Part shown: positions 1-10,476 of the stretch, piece after piece
Layout: each line of letters starts with the position of its first letter
Position numbering within the stretch: position 1 is the first letter of the stretch
From: Thraustochytrium aureum
Taxonomy: Eukaryota
NCBI GenBank assembly: GCA_012862495.1
Contig: BLSG01000187.1
Coordinates: forward strand, 20,402 to 79,864
Reading direction: 5' to 3'
DNA length: 59,463 nt
Program-made: the position numbers and the translations under genes
The notes under the pieces: model-generated
What the model saw: the letters and a program-made list of their open reading frames with translations, nothing else
Told to the model about the DNA's origin: nothing
The model's database searches: none

Positions 1-1362
1 CGGCAGGAGCATGGCGCTCCCTTGGCCACGAACCGACTGGGCGGATTTCGCAGCAAATGGAGGTTCGTTGCACCGTTGCATGCAATCGTTGCCGAGGCGC
101 ACGGTGCGGTCGCCAAACGGGCCTGCTTTGGAAGGCGGCCGCGACAACTCCGATCACCTGATTCCAATCCACCACCTGATCTTTTTACACAAGTAAACTT
201 GGATTCGATTCGCTCCTCCAGTAGATGAGATGAGAAGGCGGCAAGCCCCTCACGCCTCGAAACAAATTCCACCCATTCCAGTTGAACATCGCATCTCCTC
301 TCCCCCCCTGTTCAAGTTTTGTCATGTCGAGCGACTTGCGCTGCTGCGGCATGCAAGCAAGCTCGCCGCCGCTGCTCCTGTTGCTGCTCCTGCTGCTGCT
401 CTGCTCGACTTGGCCATGCCTTCTTTCTCAGCTGCCGCTGACTCGCTGGCTGATCGATCGCTTGTCACGAGCTCACTTTCGCGGAAGCCAACGAGGCGGG
501 AAGGTGCATACTCTCTGGCCGCGATGGAGTATGTACCATCAGTGTCGGTTGCCCACTCCCGCTCGCTGAGAGGAGGCGGACCTGCGCTGAACGACTCGTC
601 TGCTTGCCTGCTTGCCTGCCTTTGCATGCCAACGTTTCCTTCTGGCTGCGGTGGTTGCTGCCAGCATCATGATGTTGCGCGGCCGGTGGGTTGGCGAGTC
701 GTAGGTACTCTACTCCACTCCACTCCACTCTGCTGCTTTGCTTTTACCTACTGGCTTGCTCTTCCTCCCTTCCGTCCGCTTTGCCGCGCTCATCTGCGCG
801 AGCGCGAGCTTGGGAGGCGGTTGCCCTTCTTGGAGGCGCTCGCTGCTGCCAACCACCGTGGCCTCTTTCCTGCCTCCTGCGCCATCGAGGGGCACTCGCA
901 AGTGTCGTGTTTGCTCGTCGCTTTTGATTGTTGTCGAGTGGTAGACCCTGATCTGACGCAAGTGGCAACACTTTGGATCTCGTAATCGCGCAGGCGGCAG
1001 GCTGGCAGACTGGCAGGCAAGCAGGCTGGCTGGCTGGCTGGGCAGACTTGCGGTCGCGCCTCGCTCGCGTTTCAAGACACGTCACTACGCAGGCCCGCGC
1101 GCACGACACAAGACCAACGAAGGCGGACCTCGAGACGCGCTCGCAAAAAGCCCAGACGGTCGACCTCGTTTGTTTGCCGTGCCGCCGGCCGCTCGGCGTT
1201 GTCGGGAACGACCCCGCAAGCCGACTCATCAAGACGCTTCTGGACGACGCGCAGCAGATCAAGAGCTGGCAATACCAAAGAAACGGCCAGGTACTCGACC
1301 CGCGCCCCGCCCAGCCCTGTGGGGCAAGGGGCTCCAAAAAGGCCCCTGCCTCTGGCAGGTGG

Positions 1363-2841
1363 ATGGACGATCGCGCCATGGGCGCCCCCGACCACCACAT
1401 GGAGGCAGAGGCGCAGTTTGGCGCCAGGGGGCCGCCGCAGTTCCAGGGGAACCGCCCGCCACAACAACTTGCACATGACCTGTACATTCCCGTGCCAGAG
1501 CATACCCGCCATCCACACGGACTGTACGCACTGCAGCAGCAGCAGCGCTTGCGCGAGCAGCAACACCAACGGCAACTGCAGCAACACCAGGAGCAGCAGC
1601 AAGCATCAGGTAGCAAGCGCTCGTTCAACGAGGACGAGGTGGACTTTATTGTCGACGCGCTGTCCATGGAGGACATGCAAGCCGGCGGCCCCGAGCGGCG
1701 CGAGAGCCTCGCATATGAAGACGATACAGGCCGTCTTGAGCCGAGCCCAAATCAGGGGCCGCGCCCAAGACCAACTGGCTCCCTCCCGACGCACACCGCA
1801 GATCCAGCACAGTACAGCTTTGCGCTCGCGCAAAACTACCCGCGCGAGGTTCCAGATCGCACCCCGCTGGAGCGGCGGCCGCCTTGGCTCACCTCGTTCG
1901 GAGGGAGCGCCAGCAGCATCGGCAGCGTGAAACGCGAGCCGCAGAGCGACTACGCCCCGCCCGCCGCTGGCCAGCACATGCAGGTGCAGCCAGTGTCGCG
2001 CGCGGCGTCGATGGACGATCGAGTCATGCTCGACGCATCCGGCGCGGACGATGCGAGATCCACCTCGTCGTTCTCCGCCGCGTCCTGCCCGCCCGAGTTC
2101 CCTGAAGCAACGCTGGGGGTCTCGGCAGCGCGCGCCGAGCAGGGCGCGTCGCCCGCAGCCCCCACCTCGCAGCGCGGCCTGCTCCTCGAGCGCAAGCGCA
2201 AGTCGACCGATTACTTGCGCTCGCTTTCGGGTCGCGCCCTGATGCGGATGAACAGCGCAACGGGGCTCACTGCTAAAAAACGAAGGAGCGAGGATGTCAA
2301 CGACGTCGAATCAGACGCCGAGGACGCAGGAGCTGCCGTGGATCTCGCCTGGGCCGTTGGCCCGCGATCGACTCAAGAGTGCGGGGCCTCTGCGCAGCCA
2401 GCTGCAACTGAGGCTGCCGCGGCGCGCTCGAGCTTTAGCGTCTCGGGCCTGCTGCCCCCGTTCCTGAAGAAAAAACACCAGAACAAGAAACCGTGGAACG
2501 CTGCCGAGGAGCGCATGATCCTGCATGTGGTCTACTATTTTGTTGACAAGGACCTCAAGACGATCTCGGAGATCGTGCAGAATTGTGGCATTAACCGGTC
2601 CACGCGCGCGATCGACAAGAAGCTCAAGCGCATTCTTGGTTTCGAAAAGTGGAACTCGCGAGTCCAGTCGGAGATCCAGGATAGCATTCACCGCGTATGC
2701 CGGTCCGCACAAGTGCCGCTCTCCGCGGACCAGCTCTCGTGCCTAGAGCGCGTCAAGCGCAACTTTAAGGCAGCCAACTACCCGTCGCTGGAAGCGGTGA
2801 CCCAGGTCAGCCAGGCAGATTCGCAAGCAACAAAACCATGA
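1363..2841 (+). CDS. Myb/SANT-like domain protein (putative transcription factor) with N-terminal poly-Q
   Basis: Long ORF (973..2841), first in-frame ATG at 1363. Q-rich and low-complexity N-terminus, basic NLS-like segments (RKRK, KKRR). C-terminal PWNAAEERMILHVV...NRSTRAIDKKLKRIL resembles a single Myb/SANT repeat. Confidence 0.6.
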   Translation: MDDRAMGAPDHHMEAEAQFGARGPPQFQGNRPPQQLAHDLYIPVPEHTRHPHGLYALQQQQRLREQQHQRQLQQHQEQQQASGSKRSFNEDEVDFIVDALSMEDMQAGGPERRESLAYEDDTGRLEPSPNQGPRPRPTGSLPTHTADPAQYSFALAQNYPREVPDRTPLERRPPWLTSFGGSASSIGSVKREPQSDYAPPAAGQHMQVQPVSRAASMDDRVMLDASGADDARSTSSFSAASCPPEFPEATLGVSAARAEQGASPAAPTSQRGLLLERKRKSTDYLRSLSGRALMRMNSATGLTAKKRRSEDVNDVESDAEDAGAAVDLAWAVGPRSTQECGASAQPAATEAAAARSSFSVSGLLPPFLKKKHQNKKPWNAAEERMILHVVYYFVDKDLKTISEIVQNCGINRSTRAIDKKLKRILGFEKWNSRVQSEIQDSIHRVCRSAQVPLSADQLSCLERVKRNFKAANYPSLEAVTQVSQADSQATKP

Positions 2842-3152
2842 TTCCCATTCCGCCGCCAACGCACGCGCCCGTTAGAAGCTAGCCAGACCACCTTGAGCCG
2901 AGCAGCTTCGCCGCGATATCGGCGTCGTGGAAGGAAACAAATGGCTCGGCCATGGCTCGGCCATGACGCGCACGCGCTGCACCGCCGCGACCGCAAGGGC
3001 GTGGTCCGCGAGCTGCAAAGTCAGCGACTACCAGCTGTGCTCGATGCGACCACACTCGAACTCTAATCAATGAGACTCTCTCATCATGATCATCAGCCTG
3101 TTCGAGTCTGCCAAAAAGGAAATCCAGCCTGAGGGCGGCCTTGGCATCCATC

Positions 3153-3183
<31 letters not shown>

Positions 3184-3459
3184 GGCACGCGGATTCGGTC
3201 TGGCGCCAGGGACTTGCGAGGGGCACTGCTCGCACGGCTCGCAGGTGGGCAGCGGGGAGCGTTTTCTTGGGGGATCAAGAATCAGACGCGATCCTGGCTG
3301 GTTTTTCACCAGGATTGGCAGGCAGGAGGAATCCAGCCCACCTCGAGCGCGCGGCGCGCCCGTTGCGGCGCGAGGAGCGCGGTTGGGCGAGCGCTTGAGG
3401 TCCCTGCTCCCGCTCCCAACGGTCCTGGCGAGGAGGACTCGGGCGCGCGGACCTGCAAC

Positions 3460-5799
3460 ATGGCGACGACAGTCGCAATGCTCGACCTCGACCAAGGCAT
3501 CGAGTTCAACGTCGGGCAACTCCTGAGGTCGGTGGCGCAGCCGGGAAGCAAGCAGGAGGCCGTACAGGCCAGCGGCGACGATGCGGCGGGAATTGGGGCC
3601 GCGAGCCAGGCCGCGTCGGGAGACAGCGGCGAGCCAGCGCCTGGCGCAGAGGAGGACCTGATGCAACGCAGCGGAAGACTCGCCTTGCAGCTGCCGCCGG
3701 CGCGCGGCGGCCTCGACGCTGTAATCGCCTCGATCGAAAAGCGCTGCGCCGATGCCTTCTACGGGTCTAGCGACGAGAGCACTGGCGTCCCCGACGACGG
3801 CGACGCCGACGAGGACGACGAGCCGCCCAGCAACGAGGACCGCGATGACGAGGCCGGCGACGAGGCCGCAGCCCCCGGCGCCGGCAAAGAAGCCAAGCCG
3901 GCCTCTGCTACAGCGGCCGCGCTGCCGCGCCGCAAGCGCAAGAAAAAGCGCGCCTCGCGAAAGGCCAACAAGGAAGAGCAGGAGTGGCTCGACGAGGGCC
4001 ACGACCTCCTTGCTGCAGAGGACTACGACGAGGGCGAGGTGGCCTTGCTGGAATCGATGGAGAAGGAGCTCGACTTTGAGGGGTTTTATGTGCACCGCGG
4101 CCCCCTCCTGTCCGCCGAGCGCAAGGCGCACTTCGACTCGATCAGTAAGCGAGACAAGGACAGAATCAAGCGAGAGGTCGCGCGCAACCGGGGTGGGGAA
4201 GAGCCCCCAGCAGCGCCAACAGGGCCGATCTCGAGCAGCGGCGTTGACGCGACGACCCGATCTCTCGTCGCAAAAGTCGCGAAGCGCCTCGAGAAGGAAA
4301 CTGCGGCAAAGGCAAAAGCGACGGCCGCGGCCCCTCCCGCGCCTGCCGAACGCACGGCCACTCAGATCGCAGCCGAGGAGTTTTCGCGCAAGATTGACTT
4401 CATCCTCGCGCTGTTGGTACCGCTCGTCAAAGGTGGCAGCCAAGCCGACGTGAACGTGGCCTATGCGATCCAGGAACTTGGGCGATTCTTTTCCGAGGCA
4501 GCAGCGCCAAGTCTGCGGGAGCACATCTTGCGGGTGGCGGCTGCGGCGCGCGCCCGAGCGACTAAGAAGGCGCTCGAAGTGGCGGCGAGCAGCCTGTCAA
4601 AGTACGTGAGCGAGTGGCTGGCTCGAGAGGCAGAGAACGACCGCGCTCGCCCGGCCAGCGCTTGGCTGGCGGCGCTAAACGCGCTCCCGGCGCTCACCGA
4701 TGATGCCTTGGAGTCGCTGTACGAGAGCATTACNNNNNNNNNNNNNNNNNNNNNNNNNNNNNNNNNNNNNNNNNNNNNNNNNNNNNNNNNNNNNNNNNNN
4801 NNNNNNNNNNNNNNNNNNNNNNNNNNNNNNNNNNNNNNNNNNNNNNNNNNNNNNNNNNNNNNNNNNNNNNNNNNNNNNNNNNNNNNNNNNNNNNNNNNNN
4901 NNNNNNNNNNNNNNNNNNNNNNCAAAGAGGCGCTTGAGGGCAAACTTGCGGCCAGCCCTGCGCAGCAGCTCTCCAAGCCGACAAGCGCCCGCCTCCACAG
5001 GATTTTGTGCCTTGGCTACTTGGAAAGACGAGCGTCTGGCAAGGGTCGATTTTTCTGGGAAAAGGAAGGCATCGACGTTTTGAGGCGCGTCGGCAAAGCG
5101 CACCGAGCCATGTACAAGAACGCCCTGACTGCCTGGAAAGCTGAGAAGGCTTTGCTGGACCAGTGCCGCACAGATGCGCGTTCGCGCAAAGCAGAGCTGA
5201 CCCGAATCGCAAACCTGTGCTGGCCAACTGGCCAGATGACCTTTGAAGAGCTCGACGAGCTTACGGTCGGGACTTCTATCAATGCCAACAAACCGACCTT
5301 TGGGCCAGGCCCGTCGGATAGCAAACCGCGCAAGCGCAAGCGAGCTGGAGGAGCAGAAGGTCCGCCACAAGGCCGCAAAAGGGTCGCCAAGCCGGTCACG
5401 GACAAGGGCGGCGCCGACAAGGTCTCGCAGCCCTCCGTCGCACCGTCGGCTGCAGGAGAGCCGGGCAAGAGTGCGCCCGCTGCAAAGCCGCCAAAGAAAC
5501 CGGCAAAAGACAAGCTGCCGCGCGCCCCAGCGGGCAAAGGTTCCAAGGCCACAACGACCAAAGCGGAACCGCGGCCAAAAGAGGGCAAATCGTCAGCGAG
5601 CGCCAAGAAACGGCGTCGAAACGGGAACGAGGGCGGGGCGGCAAAGGAGGTCGTGCACATCTCGACGCCGCGCGGCCTGCTGAGAGGCTCCAAGTTTCAA
5701 CGCGCAGAGTATGACCAGAAGGACTTTGAGTGGGACTGCGAGGCCGAGCCTGGCTCCCCAGAGGGCGTTTCCACCTCGAACGCCGTCCCCCACGAGTGA
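3460..5799 (+). CDS. Ubinuclein/HPC2-like (HUN domain) nuclear protein; spans gap 4734-4922
   Basis: ORF open on both sides of the gap. LDAVIASIEKR, an acidic tract and FEGFYVHRGPL resemble the HPC2/ubinuclein-related motifs (..VIEKIERLY.. and G[FY]x[VI]xxGxL). Lys-rich C-terminus. Start codon inferred. Confidence 0.5.
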   Translation: MATTVAMLDLDQGIEFNVGQLLRSVAQPGSKQEAVQASGDDAAGIGAASQAASGDSGEPAPGAEEDLMQRSGRLALQLPPARGGLDAVIASIEKRCADAFYGSSDESTGVPDDGDADEDDEPPSNEDRDDEAGDEAAAPGAGKEAKPASATAAALPRRKRKKKRASRKANKEEQEWLDEGHDLLAAEDYDEGEVALLESMEKELDFEGFYVHRGPLLSAERKAHFDSISKRDKDRIKREVARNRGGEEPPAAPTGPISSSGVDATTRSLVAKVAKRLEKETAAKAKATAAAPPAPAERTATQIAAEEFSRKIDFILALLVPLVKGGSQADVNVAYAIQELGRFFSEAAAPSLREHILRVAAAARARATKKALEVAASSLSKYVSEWLAREAENDRARPASAWLAALNALPALTDDALESLYESIXXXXXXXXXXXXXXXXXXXXXXXXXXXXXXXXXXXXXXXXXXXXXXXXXXXXXXXXXXXXXXXXKEALEGKLAASPAQQLSKPTSARLHRILCLGYLERRASGKGRFFWEKEGIDVLRRVGKAHRAMYKNALTAWKAEKALLDQCRTDARSRKAELTRIANLCWPTGQMTFEELDELTVGTSINANKPTFGPGPSDSKPRKRKRAGGAEGPPQGRKRVAKPVTDKGGADKVSQPSVAPSAAGEPGKSAPAAKPPKKPAKDKLPRAPAGKGSKATTTKAEPRPKEGKSSASAKKRRRNGNEGGAAKEVVHISTPRGLLRGSKFQRAEYDQKDFEWDCEAEPGSPEGVSTSNAVPHE

Positions 5800-5894
5800 A
5801 CGGACCGCTTGGAGGGGGTGGAGTCGCACTCGCGCTTGCTGGTGTAAAAAACGCATTTTAAAAAAGGGGTATAGAGATCGACCAGTTTAGTCGT

Positions 5895-6626
5895 TTAGCA
5901 GGTCAACATGGTGGCGCCGCCAACCTCCTTGATCTTAAGCTCAGCCTTCTTGGTGAAGTACTTGGCCTTGACGACCACGGGGGCCTTGGGCAGCTTGCCG
6001 GTGCCGAGGACCTTGTGGTAGCCGTCTGCGCAGAGAAAAGCAAGGGTCAGCAACTGGGAACGCACAGGGGTCAACAGGGCGAGCTGACAACAAACCAAAC
6101 GTACACTGCAAAACGTCAATAACCGGGGCGTTCTTGCCGGACTGGTCCTTCTTGGCGGCCTCGAGAACCTCGGCGGGGACAAGCGTCCAGAGCTTGGTCA
6201 GGTTGATCCCGGGGCAAAAGTCGACGTTCTTCTTCATGTGGTATTGCCGCATACCGACCTTCCCGAAGTAACCTGTGGCGTCCAACGCATACCAGTTAGC
6301 TCAAGAGGTTCGCACGCCGATCGCCGCCTCCGCTCCCGCGCCCAATCACCACCACCACCACCACCACCACCACGACCACGCCTTGTCGCACCACGTCCCG
6401 CGAGCCAGCGCCTCGTGGACGCGCATCCCTGCACCGCCACCTCCGCAGCCGCCGCCGCCTCCTCCTCCAACGTACCGGGGTGGAACTTGTCAAACAGAAT
6501 GCGGTGATGGTGCTGGCCACCAGCGTTACCGCGACCACCGGGATGCTTGCGGTGCTTGCCCACGCGTCCATGGCCGGCCGACACATGCCCGCGCTTCTTG
6601 CGGTTCTTCGACAGACGCGACGGCAT
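5895..6626 (-). CDS. RPL27A: 60S ribosomal protein L27a (uL15); exons 6626-6476, 6272-6105, 6025-5895
   Basis: Unmistakable [31 protein letters not shown]...[11 protein letters not shown]...[12 protein letters not shown]. Two GTACG...CAG introns (203 and 79 nt) with GCTAAC/GCTGAC branch sites. Spliced length is 450 nt and in frame. Confidence 0.97.
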
Positions 6627-6655
6627 CTTGCTTGCCTACTCCACCTGCACCTCGC

Positions 6656-6707
6656 CCTGCCTGCCTGCAACCCTGCCTGCAACCCTGCCTGCAACCCTGC
6701 CTGCAAC
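6656..6707. repeat. Tandem 12-mer (CCTGCAACCCTG)x~4 just upstream of the RPL27A ATG
   Basis: Read directly from the sequence. Confidence 0.85.
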
Positions 6708-7693
6708 TCCTCGCCGACGCGCGCAAAGCTCTGNNNNNNNNNNNNNNNNNNNNNNNNNNNNNNNNNNNNNNNNNNNNNNNNNNNNNNNNNNNNNNNNNNN
6801 NNNNNNNNNNNNNNNNNNNNNNNNNNNNNNNNNNNNNNNNNNNNNNNNNNNNNNNNNNNNNNNNNNNNNNNNNNNNNNNNNNNNNNNNNNNNNNNNNNNN
6901 NNNNNTCCTGCCACTCCTGCTCCTGCGAGCCGCCCATTCCCTCCCCCGACAGAGTCCCCCGGCCCTCGACTGTTCCTCTAGGGACGGTCCGGCCCTCGAA
7001 GCACCCTCTCGCGCAGAGGCGCCGCGGCGCGCCCTCGAAGGACCCTCTGCGCGCCATGCGGCCAGCCATTGATTAGGCGGTAGAGGGTGGATCGAGGGCG
7101 GCAGGGGTTGGGTGGCGGGGGAGGGTACCCTAGTTTGGGGTAGGGTGGGGGTTAGGGTGGGGAAGGACCTCCTGAACCGGAGCGGGTTTTTTGGGGTGCT
7201 CGTGGTCCAGATTGCGGACTCGCTCGGGCGGGCAGCCGCGGTGTGGCGCAGCGCTTGCGGCCGGCCGGCTGGGCGCTGGCTTGCTTGGCGTGGCCGCCCG
7301 CTTTTGGTTTTGTTGTTGCTGGCGGTGGTCTTGCGCGGGTTTGGTCTGGCACAGTGGACCCGCACCTTGGCTCGCGCAGGGTCATGTCTTGGCAAACCTG
7401 GTGCCCTTGCGCTGAACAGCGCTCGGCCGTCGCTGGCGGCCGGGGTCGCAGGCAGCACGGGAAGGAAGGACGCCTTGGCGAGTGGGCGCTCAACAGGGCT
7501 CTGTGGGTGATGGGTGGGTGCAAAATTGGACCGTTCTCTATCGGGTTTAGATTCTTTTTAGTAGAGTAGGGGCGTGCGCCGGCGGCCACCTCGTTCTTTG
7601 ACTGCAAAGCGAGGCATGGCACTTAGTTCGTCTTGCTGTCGCTCTGAAGCGTGTCGCTCTGAAGCGTGTCGCTTGGCGCTCTCGGCGCGGCGC

Positions 7694-8263
7694 TTAGTTC
7701 GTCTTGTTGTCGCTCTGAAGCTTTTGCTTGGCGTTCTCGGCAGCGTCCGCCATGCTCTCCCTGGCCTCCTGCGCCTTTTTGCTGGCAGCGTCCTGCATGT
7801 CGCCCGCCTTGTCCTTGGCCTGCTCCCAGGTGTTCTGTGCGCCTTCCTTGGCATCCTGGGCCTTGTCTTTGGCCTGCTCCTTGGCGTTCTGGAGCGAGCT
7901 CTTGGCGTCCTCACTCTTGTCCTGAGCCTGGTCGGCCATTTGGTTGCCGGTCTCCTTGGCGTCCTCCTTCTTGCCTACCATGGTCTCCTTGGCCGACTCG
8001 TACTTGTCTGCCATGGTGTCCTTGGCCGACTCGTACTTTTCCGCAACGGTGTCTTTTGCGTTGGTGGCCGTCTCGACGGCGCTGTCCTTGGCGTTGGTGG
8101 CCGTCTCCACGGCGCTGTCCTTGGCGTTGGTGGCAGATTGGCTTGTCGAGTCGGCGGCGCCGGAGACCTTCTCCTTGGTCGTCTCCCAGGCCTTGGTGAC
8201 GTCCTCCTTGAGCGTCTCAAAGACGCCCTTGTTCTGCGGGCTGGCGGGGTTCTCGTGCACCAT
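7694..8263 (-). CDS. LEA (group 3-like) hydrophilin with 11-mer repeats
   Basis: 189-aa ORF rich in A/K/E/D/T/Q with 11-residue repeats (ATNAKDSAVET x2-3, EKYESAKDTMA) and no Cys. Confidence 0.8.
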   Translation of the reverse strand: MVHENPASPQNKGVFETLKEDVTKAWETTKEKVSGAADSTSQSATNAKDSAVETATNAKDSAVETATNAKDTVAEKYESAKDTMADKYESAKETMVGKKEDAKETGNQMADQAQDKSEDAKSSLQNAKEQAKDKAQDAKEGAQNTWEQAKDKAGDMQDAASKKAQEARESMADAAENAKQKLQSDNKTN

Positions 8264-9179
8264 CTTGTTGGTTGAGTTCTGCGCTCTGCTTTCTGACGTG
8301 TTGCTTGGTATGCTTCTGGTTCGCTTCTGGTTTGCTTTGGATTGCTTTGGATTGCTTGCGTTGCGTTTGGGGTCTGCCAGATCGACTGAAGGATGTCATG
8401 CTTGCTCGCCCAGGCTGCCGCAAGGTGTGAGCCTGCGTATCGTGCGATCCGAGTGCTCGGATTTGATACGGAAGTGCAGCGGGGAAGCATTCCCCCTTCT
8501 CAGCGAGAACAACGTCCCGCGTTTCGCGCCGAAACACGAGCTCTGGATCGGGCGAGCAAAGAAACGTCGGGATGCGGCGTTCCAGCGCTCGACGCTGACG
8601 ACGCAATTGTGCGCTCGGAACAAAGGCTGGCGGACTCGCGCACTTCGGGTGCGCCATTCCACTCTCGGCGCACTGTTCAGCGCGCGGGCACGCCGTCATC
8701 ACAAAAATTAAACGGCGATCTTGACTTCTTCTTGCCACAACAGCACCCCCTGTGGTCTCTGGCATTTTCTCACGTCGTCATCTCGTCAGTGGAGCGTCAC
8801 AACGTTCATTCATTACTCGTTCCCGAAGAAGCGCAGGACACTTGGCCATCGCAAAAATGTGAATCCGCACGACGGCGAACAGCGAGTCAAGTCAACGCAC
8901 AGACGCGACCGCTGGAAGCGCGTGGCCTGCCAGCGAAAGAATAGTCCGTCCATCCCTGGCCCATGCGTGATGTTGTCCCAAACACGCTGAATGTTCTTCT
9001 TCTTCAATCAAGAAAAGGCTGCAGAGGCCACATGACCATGATGGTGCACAACGAACAGCAACCAGCAACCGTGCCAGCGCGCCCGCTCTTCCTTTTCTCA
9101 TTCTGGAAGGATGACCATGACCGAGCAGCGCCCGAGCCTTGCACAGATCGAACAGGGAAAGAGCGCGCGTGGCGCCACT

Positions 9180-9322
9180 GAGAGAGAACAAAGAGCACGT
9201 TCTGCTCCTCAGACGAACAAAGAGCGAGGGCCGCTCTCCGAAAAGAACAAACAGCGGTTCCGCTCTCCGAAAGAACAAACAGCGAGTTCCTCCCCAAAAA
9301 CGGAACAAAGAGCGAGTTCCGC
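9180..9322. repeat. Degenerate ~27-30 nt tandem repeat (GAACAAASAGCG..TTCC core)
   Basis: About five imperfect copies of gaacaaa(c/g)agcg in the LEA-APC10 divergent intergenic region. Confidence 0.6.
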
Positions 9323-9545
9323 GACGGCAACGGTTTGGACATGGGCAGAGCAAGAGCGAGAGCAGAGCGCGCGGAGTTGCGCGCGCGTGAGGCTTGCGCG
9401 CAGTCAGTCAGTCGCCGGGCCGGTGGGCTGCTTGCTGCTCTTGCAGCGAACCGGTCTCCGATCGACCTGGCTGCATCTGCTGGGCTCGCTCCTTGCTCGG
9501 CTGACTCGGCGGTCGAGTTCCAAGGCAGCGTGTGCTTGGCGCACG

Positions 9546-10321
9546 ATGGCGAGCGACGCGCACACGCTCACGGACAAGCGCGAGATCGGGGACGAGGTGA
9601 GTGGAGCGGTGCGTGCGTGGAGGCCGGGAGATGGTGGCTGACCATGGACGGACTGGCTGCGAAGGCGGTGTGGTCGCTGTCAACGGCCAAGCCAGGGAAC
9701 GGTGTCGAGCAGATTCGGGACGATAATACCGACACGTACTGGCAGTCTGACGGGTCGCAACCACATCTGATCAACATCCAATTTCACAAGAAGATGAGCA
9801 TCGTCGAGGTCTCGTTCTTCCTTGACTACAAGGTGCGTTGTTGCGCTAGGCTTGCGCGCGCCACGGCAAGCCCGCACTAACGCGCCCTGTCGCGCAGCTG
9901 GACGAGTCCTACACACCGAGTAAGTGAAAGCGCCTGAACTGAGCGCTCCGCTCCGCGCACCAGGGGCACAGCCGCTGACTTTGCTTGTCGGGGGGGAAAA
10001 AACAACTCAGAGAAAATGTCGATCCGCGCCGGAACCACCTTCCACGACCTCGAAGAAGTCCACAATCTAGAACTCGAGAAACCAAACGGGTGGGTTTACG
10101 TTCCTGTGGGAGGGATCGCAAATCACGGAGGCCAGAGTGTCTTGAGAGCGCACTTTTTGCAGATTGAGGTGCAGGCCATGCACCAGAACGGTCGCGACAC
10201 CCACATTCGCCAGGTCAAAGTCTTTGGGCCACGCCAAGGAGCAGCGCACCGCATGCTGCATCCCAAAGGGGAAGGCGGTTTTTCCTCTGTGGACTTTGCC
10301 CAATTTAGCTGTATCAGGTGA
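9546..10321 (+). CDS. ANAPC10: Anaphase-promoting complex subunit 10 (DOC1); exons 9546-9596, 9665-9832, 9898-9919, 10011-10321
   Basis: REIG..AVWSLSTAKPGNGVEQIRDDNTDTYWQSDGSQPHLINIQF, LDESYTP and HQNGRDTHIRQVKVFG motifs, plus a C-terminal IR tail. Three GT-AG introns join in frame (552 nt). Confidence 0.95.
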
Positions 10322-10476
10322 GACGCGCAGCCCCAGAGCACGTGGCCTGGTTGCCCAATTTAGCTGTATCAGGTGAGACCCACAGCCCCAGAGCACGTGC
10401 GATCGCTGTCGTGCGGGGTGGCGCGGTGTCAAGATTCGGCTTCACAATGAAATGAACAATTGATTGGTTTTTTTCG

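Noticed and set aside
11..1360. ORFs 230..985 and the non-ATG upstream part of 973..2841
   Set aside because: Translations are dominated by microsatellites (GCT, CACTC, GGCT) and show no domain. This is more likely 5'UTR, intron or promoter sequence.
3067..4524. Long antisense ORFs opposite real genes (here and at 29431-30603, 47585-48730, 35502-36722 and others)
   Set aside because: Shadow ORFs are expected with GC3-rich codon usage, and these show no recognisable motifs.
6273..6475. RPL27A intron 1 as a snoRNA host
   Set aside because: It is mostly (GGT)n/(GGC)n low-complexity sequence, with no convincing C/D or H/ACA boxes seen.
7130..7162. Interstitial telomere
   Set aside because: There is only one exact TTAGGG, too degenerate to call a telomeric array.
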